Shown: positions 18,159-30,756, numbered from the stretch's first letter. The stretch: 39,657 nucleotides of DNA from Gammaproteobacteria bacterium (GCA_030038645.1 JASHSR010000110.1:1-39657); one strand, 5' to 3'. Notes: generated by a model from the sequence alone, not told the origin. Made by a program: numbers and translations.

Positions 18159-18204
18159 TGTCCGCAGGTGTACAAGTGTCCGGTCACCTGTTCGGATTCG
18201 GACA
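18159..18204. promoter_or_regulatory. Candidate enhancer (UAS) repeats for the sigma-54 activator
   Basis: TGTCCG at 18159 and 18177, with inverted CGGACA at 18199. CAGGTG (18165) is inverted with CACCTG (18185). The repeats sit about 75-125 nt upstream of the predicted transcription start. Confidence 0.4.
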
Positions 18205-18205
18205 A

Positions 18206-19585
18206 TTGGCGCAGACCGCCCTCCAGCCCGCTCGCATTGTGGTCGTCGATGACGAGGACGACATTCTGCTCGCGGCCCGGCTGCTGCTGAAGCGTCACTT
18301 CGAGTCCGTCGAGACCTTGCGCGATCCCGGTCCGCTCGCGGATCTGGTGCGCCGTAACGCCTTCGACGTCCTGTTGCTGGACATGAACTTTGCGACCGGT
18401 GCCGATACGGGTGTCGAAGGACTCGAGCTGCTTTCGCAGATCCTCGCGCTCGACCCGCAAGCGGTCGTCGTGCTCATCACCGCTCACGCCGATGTCGCCT
18501 TGGCCGTCGAGGCGATGAAGAAGGGCGCCGCGGACTTCGTCACCAAGCCCTGGGAGAACGAACGGCTGCTCGCGACCTTGCTCGCGGCCTGGAATCTGCG
18601 CCGCTCGCGGCAGGAAGTCTCCGAATTCCGAGCCCGCAGCCAGGGACTCGCGGAGGCGACGCGGATCGGTGGTGAGATGATCGGCACCTCACCGAGCATG
18701 CTGCGGGTCTTTCAGACAATCCGGCGCGCGGCGCCGACGGAAGCCAACGTGCTCATCCTCGGCGAGAACGGCACGGGCAAGGAGCTGGTCGCGCGCGAGA
18801 TCCACCGCCGTTCGGCTCGCGCCGAGGAGGCCTTCGTGCGGGTGGATCTCGGGACGCTCTCTGCTCAGCTCTTCGAGAGCGAGCTGTTCGGCCATCGCCG
18901 CGGAGCGTTCACCGATGCGAGGCAGGATCGCGTCGGGCTGCTCCGCGCCGCCTCCGGCGGCACGGTCTTCCTCGACGAGATCGGCAACGTTTCCTGGCAT
19001 CTGCAAGGCAAGCTCCTCACGGCGCTCGAGCGCCGCGAAGTCACTCCGGTCGGCTCGGACAAGCCGGAGCCGATCGATGTTCGGCCGATTTGCGCGACGA
19101 ACCTTCCCGCGGAGCGCCTGGCCGATGAGAACGTGTTCCGGCAGGATCTGCTCTATCGGATCAACACGGTGGAGATCGCTCTGCCGCCGCTCCGCGAGCG
19201 GCGGGAGGACATTCCGCTCCTGCTCGAGCACTTCGTCTCGATGTACGCCGAGAAATACAACGTGCCCGCGAAGCGGCTCGGCGCGGCGGCCCTCGAGCGG
19301 TTGATGGCTCACGCCTGGCCGGGCAACGTGCGAGAGTTGCGTCATGCGGTCGAGCGCGCCGTGATCCTGAGTGAGCATGCGATGCTCGAGCCCGGGGATT
19401 TCTCGCTGTCCGGCTCCGGGCCGCCTGCGCCGGCTTCGCCCGAGTCATCGAAACTCGACGCCGTGGAGAAGGAGGCCATCGCCCGAGCGCTCGAGGCACA
19501 CGGAAGGAATATCAGCCGCGCGGCCGAGTCGCTTGGGCTCACTCGCGCCTCGCTCTACCGTCGGATGGAGAAGTATGGCCTTTAG
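18206..19585 (+). CDS. Sigma-54-dependent response regulator (NtrC family: REC, AAA+, Fis-type HTH)
   Basis: REC domain IVVVDDEDDILL...LLDMNF. Walker A GENGTGKE. GAFTDA variant of the GAFTGA loop. C-terminal HTH NISRAAESLGLTRASLYRRM. The start is uncertain: TTG 18206 is favoured, with GTG 18176 and ATG 18107 also in frame. Confidence 0.85.
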   Translation: MAQTALQPARIVVVDDEDDILLAARLLLKRHFESVETLRDPGPLADLVRRNAFDVLLLDMNFATGADTGVEGLELLSQILALDPQAVVVLITAHADVALAVEAMKKGAADFVTKPWENERLLATLLAAWNLRRSRQEVSEFRARSQGLAEATRIGGEMIGTSPSMLRVFQTIRRAAPTEANVLILGENGTGKELVAREIHRRSARAEEAFVRVDLGTLSAQLFESELFGHRRGAFTDARQDRVGLLRAASGGTVFLDEIGNVSWHLQGKLLTALERREVTPVGSDKPEPIDVRPICATNLPAERLADENVFRQDLLYRINTVEIALPPLRERREDIPLLLEHFVSMYAEKYNVPAKRLGAAALERLMAHAWPGNVRELRHAVERAVILSEHAMLEPGDFSLSGSGPPAPASPESSKLDAVEKEAIARALEAHGRNISRAAESLGLTRASLYRRMEKYGL

Positions 19586-20924
19586 CCGCTTCCAAGCCGC
19601 AATGGCGCTGCGCGCCGCAGCCCTCTTCCTCACCATAGCGGCCGCGGCATGGATGATTGCGCAGACGCAATGGTACATGACCATCGCGCTTTGCGTGATG
19701 GCCGCATTCGCGGAGACCGTCCTGCTCGTGCGGTTCTCGACGCAGTCGAGCCGCGAGGTGGCCCGATTTCTCGATGCCTTGTCGTTCGATGACTTGTCGC
19801 AGAGCTTCACCGGCCTCTCGAGCGACGGCGCTCATCGCCAGCTCGGCACTGCGATGGAGCGAGTCCTCGTCCGCTTGCGGGCCAGCCGTTCCGAGCGCGA
19901 CGAGCAGGCGCAGTACCTGCAGACACTCGTCAATCACGTGCCGGTCGCTCTGATCTCGATCGGCGAGCGCGGGTCGATCCGACTGCTCAACATGGCGGCG
20001 CGCCGGGTGTTCGAGACCTCGCTCGCCCACACCGGCCAGCTGTCGCGATACGGCCAGGCCTTTGCGGTCGGCCTCGAGTCCCTGCGTCCAGGCGCCACCG
20101 CGATTCTGCGGATGGAGCGGTCCGCCGGGAGTCTGTTGCTCAAGGCGGCCGTGACCGAGATCGCCGCGGGCGGTACGCGACAGCGCCTCATCTCGCTGCA
20201 GAACATCGACAACGAAATGAGTGCGCAGGAGCTCGCCGCCTGGCAGACGGTCATCCGGGTCATGGCGCACGAGGTGATGAACTCGCTGACGCCGGTATCC
20301 TCTCTCGCCGCGACCGCGCACGACCTCGTGAACGAGGCTCTCGAGCAAACAGTGGCGGATGACCCGCGCGCAGTCCCCCTGACAGATGCCCGGGACGCCC
20401 TGGAGGCGCTCGCTCGCCGCAGCGAAGGTTTGCTGCACTTCGTGCGAGGCCACCGGCGCTTGACCAAGCCCCTCGCGGCGCGGATGGAAGTGGTGCCGGT
20501 CGAGCGGCTCTTTGCGCGCATTCAGCGGCTCCTCGCGAGCGACCTCGCAGACCGCGACATCCGGATGGCGACCCAGGTCGAGCCGCAAACGCTCGAGCTC
20601 GCGATGGACATCGAGCTCCTCGACCAGGCCCTCATCAACCTGTTGCGTAATGCCGTCGAGGCTCTGCGTGATACTCCGATGGGGCTCATCACACTTTCCG
20701 CCCGGCGGGAGTCCGACGGCCGGGTCGTCATCTCGGTCGCCGACAACGGCCCCGGCATTCCGCAGGACGACCGAGAGAGGGTCTTCGTCCCCTTCTTCAC
20801 GACCAAGCGGCACGGCAGCGGCATCGGACTCACGCTCGTGCGGCAGATTGCCGCGGCTCACGGAGCGAGCGTCGATGTCTCCGAGACAGCCGGGGGCGGC
20901 GCAACGGTTCGGCTGAGGTTCTGA
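19575..20924 (+). CDS. Sensor histidine kinase (two TM segments, HisKA, HATPase_c)
   Basis: The start overlaps the regulator stop (ATGGCCTTTAG). H-box MAHEVMNSLTPV. N/G boxes NLLRNAVEA, DNGPGI, GSGIGL. Confidence 0.9.
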   Translation: MAFSRFQAAMALRAAALFLTIAAAAWMIAQTQWYMTIALCVMAAFAETVLLVRFSTQSSREVARFLDALSFDDLSQSFTGLSSDGAHRQLGTAMERVLVRLRASRSERDEQAQYLQTLVNHVPVALISIGERGSIRLLNMAARRVFETSLAHTGQLSRYGQAFAVGLESLRPGATAILRMERSAGSLLLKAAVTEIAAGGTRQRLISLQNIDNEMSAQELAAWQTVIRVMAHEVMNSLTPVSSLAATAHDLVNEALEQTVADDPRAVPLTDARDALEALARRSEGLLHFVRGHRRLTKPLAARMEVVPVERLFARIQRLLASDLADRDIRMATQVEPQTLELAMDIELLDQALINLLRNAVEALRDTPMGLITLSARRESDGRVVISVADNGPGIPQDDRERVFVPFFTTKRHGSGIGLTLVRQIAAAHGASVDVSETAGGGATVRLRF

Positions 20925-21012
20925 ACAGTCGTCGACGCGTGCGAGAGTTGACGAGTCAGCACATGAGCCTTGTCCGTCGAGCCACCGATCCGAGGCGGTC
21001 TTCGATCTAGCC

Positions 21013-21030
21013 CGTTTCGGCGCCGAAACG
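21013..21030. promoter_or_regulatory. Perfect 18-bp palindrome (operator or terminator-like hairpin)
   Basis: CGTTTCGGCGCCGAAACG lies between the kinase stop (20924) and the PQQ dehydrogenase start (21086). No U tract follows. Confidence 0.3.
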
Positions 21031-21085
21031 ATAAGATCCGCTGTCTCGAGAGGCGCAACCCTTGCGCTGGTCAGGGGGTCCCGTG

Positions 21086-23245
21086 ATGATCCGTACGCAC
21101 GCTCTCGCCATGGGCCTGCTGCTGTCGGTCGCGATCGTGGCCGGCGGCGCAATGAGTGAAAGCGCGGCCGCCGCATCGCCGGAGCGTGCCGCTCTCGCGG
21201 CCAACGTCACCGCCAAGCGCCTGGTCAATGCCGCCCGTGAGCCCGGCCAGTGGATGACCTACGGCGGCACCTACTCCGAGCAGCGCTTCAGCAGCCTGAA
21301 GCAGATCAACTCGAGCAACGTGGGCAGGCTCGGACTCGAGTGGTACGCGGACTACGAGACCAACCAGGACCAGCACGGCTCGCCGCTGTACATCGATGGA
21401 GTCATCTACGTCTCGACGGCGCGAGACGTGCTCTATGCGTTCGACGCCAAGACCGGCAAGCAGCTGTGGAAGTACAACCCAATGATCCACGGCGAGCGGC
21501 TGCGCTACAACGTGGGCCTCGTGAACCGCGGCATCGCCGCCTGGCGCGGCAAGATCTACATGGGCACGCTCGATGCCCGCCTGGTCGCGGTGGACGCCAA
21601 GACCGGAAAGCAAGTCTGGTCGACCGATACGGTACCCGCGAGCCTCGGCCTCGGCGACATGACGAATCGGTACGCGATCACCATGGCCCCCCGCGTCGCG
21701 AAGGGCAAGGTGTTCATAGGCGCCTCCGGCGGCGAGTTCGGCGTGCGGGGCTTCATCGCGGCCTACGATGCCGAGACAGGCAAGGAGGTCTGGCGATTCT
21801 GGACCGTGCCCGGCAATCCGGCGAAGGGCTTCGAGAACAAGGCGCTCGCGCGGGCTGCGAAGACTTGGAGCGGGGACTGGTGGAAATTCGGCGGCGGCGG
21901 CACGGTGTGGGACTCGGCCGTCTACGATCCGGTGACCGATCTGCTCTATTTCGGCACCGGCAACGCCACGCCGTGGAATCCGCGCGTGCGCGAGCCGCGC
22001 ATCGACGACGATCTGTATACCGCCTCGATCGTCGCGGTGAATCCGGATACGGGCCGATACGTGTGGCACTACCAGGAAACGCCGGCCGACGCCTGGGACT
22101 TCGATGCGGTCAGTCCGATGATGACCGCGGATCTCACCATCCGCGGCCACAAGAGGCACGTCATCCTGCAGCCCTCGAAGAACGGCTTCTTCTACGTGAT
22201 CGAGGCTGCGACCGGCAAGCTGATCAGCGCCGATCCGTTCACCGTCGAGAATTGGGCCAGTGGCGTGGACGTGGAGACGGGCCGCCCGATCGTCGTGCGG
22301 GGCGCCCGCTACGCAAGCCAGCCGTGGGATGTCGCGCCGGGCCCGCAGGGCGGCCACAGCTGGCACCCGAACGCCTTTAGCCCGCTGACCGGCCTCGTCT
22401 ACATTCCCGCCTGGGAGTCCTATTTCACGATGGCGAACGCTCCGCCCGGCCGCCGTCCACCACCGGGCAGATTCAGTCTCGGTATCGGCATGGGCGTTCG
22501 GCTCGCGCCCGGTCAGCTGCAGCCGTATGACCGCCACGGCTTGAGCGGCCGGCTGGAGGCGTGGGACCCCGTTGCGCGCAAGATCGTGTGGGAAACTCCG
22601 CCGTTCTCTCAGGGCCGCCCAACGGGCGGAGTCCTCGCGACTGCCGGCAACCTCGTCTTCATGGCCAATGGCAGCGGCAAGGTGTTGAGCGCGTACGATG
22701 CGAGAACCGGCGCGAAGCTCTGGAGCTTCGATGCCGAGACCGCGGTGTACGCCGCGCCGATCAGCTACGAGCTCCACGGAGTGCAGTACATCGCGGCGAG
22801 CGTGGGAGGTGCCGTACAGGGCGGCTATTTCGCACCGACCAACGCGCGCATGCTGGTGTTCGCGCTCGGCGGCAAAGCGGTGCTGCCCAAGCCGCTGCCC
22901 TACACGCCCCGGCAGCTCAATCCGCCGCCTCTGACGGCTTCGGCCGGCGTCGTTACGCGCGGCGGCGAGCTCTACTCCCAGTACTGCTCGGTCTGCCATG
23001 GCATCGACGGCCGGCAGGCGCGCTCCAGCTTCCCGAACCTCACCGTCACCCCGCTGCTGTGGACCCAGGACGGCTTCGATGCCGTCGTGTTGCAGGGGGT
23101 GCGGACGGACAAAGGCATGGGCTCTTTCGCAGCGGACTTGAAGCCCGAGGATGCGGTGGCGATCCGCGAGTATTTGATCTCGCGCGCCATCGCGCTGAAG
23201 GCCGCCGGCCCCGCCGCCTTGCGGCCGCGGTTTCCGGGCGGTTAG
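21086..23245 (+). CDS. PQQ-dependent dehydrogenase (methanol/ethanol family) fused to a C-terminal cytochrome c domain (quinohemoprotein)
   Basis: Signal peptide. Beta-propeller motifs (AFDAKTGKQLWKY, AVDAKTGKQVW, AYDAETGKEVWRF, AYDARTGAKLWSF). Single CSVCHG haem motif near the C-terminus. Confidence 0.9.
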   Translation: MIRTHALAMGLLLSVAIVAGGAMSESAAAASPERAALAANVTAKRLVNAAREPGQWMTYGGTYSEQRFSSLKQINSSNVGRLGLEWYADYETNQDQHGSPLYIDGVIYVSTARDVLYAFDAKTGKQLWKYNPMIHGERLRYNVGLVNRGIAAWRGKIYMGTLDARLVAVDAKTGKQVWSTDTVPASLGLGDMTNRYAITMAPRVAKGKVFIGASGGEFGVRGFIAAYDAETGKEVWRFWTVPGNPAKGFENKALARAAKTWSGDWWKFGGGGTVWDSAVYDPVTDLLYFGTGNATPWNPRVREPRIDDDLYTASIVAVNPDTGRYVWHYQETPADAWDFDAVSPMMTADLTIRGHKRHVILQPSKNGFFYVIEAATGKLISADPFTVENWASGVDVETGRPIVVRGARYASQPWDVAPGPQGGHSWHPNAFSPLTGLVYIPAWESYFTMANAPPGRRPPPGRFSLGIGMGVRLAPGQLQPYDRHGLSGRLEAWDPVARKIVWETPPFSQGRPTGGVLATAGNLVFMANGSGKVLSAYDARTGAKLWSFDAETAVYAAPISYELHGVQYIAASVGGAVQGGYFAPTNARMLVFALGGKAVLPKPLPYTPRQLNPPPLTASAGVVTRGGELYSQYCSVCHGIDGRQARSSFPNLTVTPLLWTQDGFDAVVLQGVRTDKGMGSFAADLKPEDAVAIREYLISRAIALKAAGPAALRPRFPGG

Positions 23246-23315
23246 GCCGCGCACACGGCCGTCTCGAGGGCCGGTCCGGCTGGCGCCAACGGCATCGAAA
23301 AAGAGGGGGAGCGAC

Positions 23316-25358
23316 ATGGTGGGGGGCAGATCGTTCACGACGGCAGCCGCGGCGCTCATGCTCATGACGTGCGGCATGGCTTATGGGGCGGGGCGCGATT
23401 TCGCGCTCACCGACGTGCGCGATCTCGTCTCGCTCAGCGATCCGCAGATCTCACCGGACGGCCGCGAGGTCGCCGTGATCGTCTCGAAGCCGGAGTGGAA
23501 GACGGACAAATCCAACCGGGAGATCGACCTGATCGACGTGGCGACCGGCGCGCAGCGGCCGCTCACGCGGTACCGCACGGGTGTCTCCTCGCCGCGCTGG
23601 TCGCCCGACGGCAAGCGATTGGCGTTCATCGCCAGCGACACGACGGCGGGCACCGATGCCCAGCCCGATGCGCAAGACGGCGCGAGCCCCGCAACAGGCC
23701 AGAAGCACGACCAGATTTTCGTGATGCCCATGGACGGGGGCGATGCGTTGCGCGTGACCGATGCCGAGCGCGACGTGGTCTCGCTCGCTTGGAGCCCGGA
23801 TGGCAAGGAAATCGCCTATGTCGTGGCGGACGTGCCTGCGAACGAGAAGGCGATCAAGGCGCACGACGATGCGTTCCAGGTGACCGAGAACAATTTCCTC
23901 ACGCGCGCGGCGCTGACGCCGTCGCAGCTCTGGGTCGTGCCGAGCACGGGCGGCAAGGCGAAGCGATTGACCGAAGGAAAGTTCAGCCTCGACACCGACC
24001 AGCGGCACTCGGCGCCCGAGCCGGTCTGGCGTCCCGACGGACGCGCGATCGCCTTCACCCGCTTTCCGGATCCCTATTGGGCGCTCTCCTTCCAATCGGT
24101 CATCGACACGGTCGGCGCGACGGGCGGTGAGCCGGCCACTCTGGCAGGGCTCGAGGGCGCGTGGGCGCCGCGTTTCGCGCCGGCAGGTAGCGCCTTCGCG
24201 TTCATGCGCCCGCGCGCCGGCGATGAGAACAACGGCAATGCGGTCTACGTCGTGGAGGACCACAAGACCTTCGACGCCACCGCTGCGCTCGCGCGCAACA
24301 TCGACGCCTATGCGTGGCTGCCGGGCGGCGACAGTCTCCTGCTGGTGGGCCAGCAAGGCACGCATTCCGTCATGTGGCGTCAAGGCGTGGGCGGCGGCGC
24401 CACACTGCTCGAGCTCGCCGGCGTGGAGGTCGAGAGTCAGCCGAGCGTCTCCTCCACCGGCGCGATTGCCTTCGTCGGCGGCACGCCGAGCCATGCGGCC
24501 GAGCTTTACGTGATGGCTTCGACGGATGCGAGACCGCGGCGCGTGACGAGCGTCAACGGGTTCCTCGACCGTCTCGCGCTCGGCGGCGTCGCGACGATCG
24601 AGTGGCGCGGTCCGAGCGGCTTTCGCGAAGACGGCGTATTGATCTATCCGCCGCAATATCGCGAGGGCCGGCGGTATCCGCTCGTGCTGCTGATCCACGG
24701 CGGCCCCGAGGGCGCCTCGACGGTCGGATTCTCGTCGCTCGCACAGCTGCTCGCGGCCGCGGGATTCATCGTCTTCGAGCCCAATTACCGCGGCAGCACC
24801 AATCTCGGTGACGCCTACCAGCACGCGATCTATCGCGACACCGGAGCGGGCCCGGGCAAGGACGTGATGGCCGGCCTTGCGGCCGTCGAGAAGCTCGGCG
24901 TCGTCGATCCGAAGCGAATCGGCGTCAGCGGCTGGTCCTACGGCGGCTACATGACCGATTGGCTGGCCGGCCATTATCCGCAGGCTTGGAGAGCGGCCGT
25001 CGCCGGCGCGGCGCTCACCGACTGGGTGATGGACTACACCATCGCGTTCTATCAGCAGGGCGACGTCTATTTCTTCGGGGGGTCACCCTGGAGCGCCAGC
25101 GACTACCGCATCTGGCGCGCGCAATCGCCCATCGCATACGCCCGGAACGTCAGGACGCCGACGCTCATCATGGGCGATGTGGGCGACTCCAACGTGCCGC
25201 TCGTCAACAGCTACGAGTGGTATCACGCGCTGCGCGACAACGGCGTCGAGGTGCAGTTCTACGCCTATCCCGCGAACACGCACTTTCCAACGGACATCGT
25301 GCGTCAGACCGACGTCTACCGCCGCTGGGTCGAGTGGATGACCGCGCACCTCAAATGA
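23316..25358 (+). CDS. S9 family serine peptidase (prolyl oligopeptidase/DPP-like with an N-terminal beta-propeller)
   Basis: Signal peptide. WSPDGKRLAF / WSPDGKEIAY propeller repeats. Nucleophile elbow GVSGWSYGGYM. RBS AGAGGGGGAG. Confidence 0.9.
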   Translation: MVGGRSFTTAAAALMLMTCGMAYGAGRDFALTDVRDLVSLSDPQISPDGREVAVIVSKPEWKTDKSNREIDLIDVATGAQRPLTRYRTGVSSPRWSPDGKRLAFIASDTTAGTDAQPDAQDGASPATGQKHDQIFVMPMDGGDALRVTDAERDVVSLAWSPDGKEIAYVVADVPANEKAIKAHDDAFQVTENNFLTRAALTPSQLWVVPSTGGKAKRLTEGKFSLDTDQRHSAPEPVWRPDGRAIAFTRFPDPYWALSFQSVIDTVGATGGEPATLAGLEGAWAPRFAPAGSAFAFMRPRAGDENNGNAVYVVEDHKTFDATAALARNIDAYAWLPGGDSLLLVGQQGTHSVMWRQGVGGGATLLELAGVEVESQPSVSSTGAIAFVGGTPSHAAELYVMASTDARPRRVTSVNGFLDRLALGGVATIEWRGPSGFREDGVLIYPPQYREGRRYPLVLLIHGGPEGASTVGFSSLAQLLAAAGFIVFEPNYRGSTNLGDAYQHAIYRDTGAGPGKDVMAGLAAVEKLGVVDPKRIGVSGWSYGGYMTDWLAGHYPQAWRAAVAGAALTDWVMDYTIAFYQQGDVYFFGGSPWSASDYRIWRAQSPIAYARNVRTPTLIMGDVGDSNVPLVNSYEWYHALRDNGVEVQFYAYPANTHFPTDIVRQTDVYRRWVEWMTAHLK

Positions 25359-25371
25359 CGCGGCATCGGGC

Positions 25372-28620
<3,249 letters not shown>

Positions 28621-28822
28621 GTGAAGTGCGTCTCGGTCGGCGCCCGGGCGGATGCCGGGTACCCCGCTCGTGCTTATCGGATATGCGACCGGATTCTGTA
28701 GAGGAAATGTCGCGTACTTTCGGCTGGATCACTTTATTGGTCGTCGAGGCAAGCCGGAGGTCGCTCTCGGCGTGGCATGTGTTGAACATAGGCGCCGCGC
28801 CGGCCGGCGCGCCGCAGCCCGT

Positions 28823-30028
28823 CTAGTCGGGCGCCGCGCTCTTGCGCGATTCCTCGACGAAGCCGCCGGGCTCGACGGCGGCCATCGCCTCCGCGAGATG
28901 CACGGATTTGTTGAAGAGCGCCAGCTCCCCGAGGCGACCGGCCCGTACCTTGTTGACGAAGTCGTTGTTGGCGATGTGCATGCGGCCGACGCCGACGAGG
29001 TCGAGCGTCCCGCGGCGCACGCGCTCGGCGAGCAGCGCGAGGTCCCGCTCGACGCAGAGCTCGGAGGGCTCCTCGCCGTCGAACAGGTTTGCGAACATCT
29101 CGACGTTGAGGCCCACGCTGCCGCACGTCATGACGGGCGCGTCGGTCAGGGACCGGGTCCACTCGGCGATGGTGAATTGCGGGTGCGAGCTGCCGGGCCA
29201 TTCGGGCTTGTGGCAGCGGCGCGAGGAGACGTTGAACAGGTCCACGCCCGCCGCGCGCAGCAGCGCGAGCATGGCGCGCAGGTCTTCCGGCCCGGCGGCG
29301 ACCGCCGCTCCGTAATCCACCTCTTTGAATTGGGAGAAGCGGAAGGAGATGACGAAATCGACGCCGGTCGCCCCGCGGACGGCAGAGACGATCTCGGCGG
29401 CGTAGCGGGCTCGCTCGGCGAGCGCGCGGCCGCCGTATTCGTCCTCGCGCCGGTTGGTCTGCGCCCACAGGAACTGGTCGAGCAGGTAGCCGTGCGCGGA
29501 ATGGATTTCGACGCCGTCCGCGCCGAGGTCTCGCGCGTGCACAGCCGCGCGGACGTAGGCGGCCTTCAGCTCCTCGAGATCCTCGCGTGTCATGGCGCGG
29601 CCGTTCGGCCGCCCCGCCTGGATGAGCCCCGATGGACTGAGAGCAGGGTACGAGGCGAGCGGATGCTCCCGGGCCACCTTGCGCATGGCGCCCGGATGCC
29701 ACAGCTGCAGCAGGAATCCCGCGCCTTCGGAGCGTACGGCGTCCACGACCCGCTTCCAGGCGCCGAGCGTCGCGACTTCCAGGCGCCCCATGACCGGCTG
29801 CCAGTACGCGGAGGGGTGATCGGGCGATGTGGATTCGCTGATGATGAGACCCGCCCCGCCCGCCGCGCAGCGGCGCATGTACTCGATCATCTTCGACGTG
29901 GGCGCGCCGTCGTCCATGAATCCTCGCTGCATGCCCGGCATCACGAAGCGGTTGCGCAGCGTCAGGCCCCTGATCGTGAGGGGAGTGAAGAGGACATCCA
30001 GCGCCCGCGCGGGACCCGCGGGCGTCAC
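28823..30028 (-). CDS. NADH:flavin oxidoreductase, Old Yellow Enzyme family
   Basis: LFTPLTIRGLTLRNRFVMPGM N-terminus and HSAHGYLLDQFLW active-site region. The GTG start overlaps the upstream stop (GTGA). Confidence 0.88.
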   Translation of the reverse strand: MTPAGPARALDVLFTPLTIRGLTLRNRFVMPGMQRGFMDDGAPTSKMIEYMRRCAAGGAGLIISESTSPDHPSAYWQPVMGRLEVATLGAWKRVVDAVRSEGAGFLLQLWHPGAMRKVAREHPLASYPALSPSGLIQAGRPNGRAMTREDLEELKAAYVRAAVHARDLGADGVEIHSAHGYLLDQFLWAQTNRREDEYGGRALAERARYAAEIVSAVRGATGVDFVISFRFSQFKEVDYGAAVAAGPEDLRAMLALLRAAGVDLFNVSSRRCHKPEWPGSSHPQFTIAEWTRSLTDAPVMTCGSVGLNVEMFANLFDGEEPSELCVERDLALLAERVRRGTLDLVGVGRMHIANNDFVNKVRAGRLGELALFNKSVHLAEAMAAVEPGGFVEESRKSAAPD

Positions 30029-30756
30029 AAGGTCCCGGTGTCCCGCTTCGGCGGATGCTTGTCCATGCAGAATTCCTCGGGAATCTCATAGCCCGGCCGC
30101 TTCACGTACTCGGCTTTGACGGTCCACGGCCGCGTGTACGACTTCGGGTCGTCGATCGTGAAGCGGGCCTGCAGATGCTTGCCGTCGCGGCTCAGCCGAT
30201 AGCGCTCGGTGAGGTGCAGCGCCTCGGAGTGCGGCAGCCCCGCATCGTCGAGCAGCGTCTCGTCGTTGAAGCCCGCGGAATCGATCACGAGCGTCTTGCC
30301 CTCCCAGCGCGCGACGGAGTAGCCGAGCCAGAGCGGATCGGGGTCCGACGGCAGCGCCTCGTCGATGTACGCGCGGCGCGGCAGGCGATTGAGCTGAAAG
30401 ACGAAGTAGACCACCTTCGGGCGCTGAAGGATCTCGAACGGCTCGTCGACGAACATCAGCCGCGGCAGCCCGGGGGGCAGGCATCGGGTCGTGCCGTCGA
30501 ACGAGCGGTCGCCTCGAGCCGCGGCGGCCAGGTGCCGCTCATAGACGGCGCGGGCGCTCGGCGTGAGCGGAGGCAGTCTGCCCTCGACGGTCCGCAGCGC
30601 ATGGGATGGATGGACGATCGACCAAACGCCCGTGAGATCCGGCGGCACCGCGGCGGCCTGGGGGGCGCCGGCGCGAGCGGCTCCGACACTCGTCCCGAGC
30701 AGCGCGATCAGCAGCCCGGCGCGTAGAAGTCCCGCACGAGCGGCGCCGGCGCTCAT
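30025..30756 (-). CDS. Secreted protein of unknown function, type B member of a four-paralogue family
   Basis: Signal peptide MSAGAARAGLLRAGLLIALLGTSVGAARA. Shared motifs TRCLPPGLPRLM, WEGKTLVIDS, GFND, GLPHS, YTRPWT, EEFC. ATGA overlap with the upstream paralogue. Confidence 0.8.
   Translation of the reverse strand: MSAGAARAGLLRAGLLIALLGTSVGAARAGAPQAAAVPPDLTGVWSIVHPSHALRTVEGRLPPLTPSARAVYERHLAAAARGDRSFDGTTRCLPPGLPRLMFVDEPFEILQRPKVVYFVFQLNRLPRRAYIDEALPSDPDPLWLGYSVARWEGKTLVIDSAGFNDETLLDDAGLPHSEALHLTERYRLSRDGKHLQARFTIDDPKSYTRPWTVKAEYVKRPGYEIPEEFCMDKHPPKRDTGTL

Noticed and set aside
21071-23377. 768-aa ORF antisense to the PQQ dehydrogenase, and similar long antisense or off-frame ORFs: 6384-7763, 19539-21176, 23451-24974, 26422-28701, 31861-34443, 34527-35636, 35880-37307
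   Set aside because: Stop-poor reverse frames are expected at ~66% GC. The translations are Arg/Ala/Gly-rich low-complexity sequence, while the opposite-strand genes have clear family motifs.
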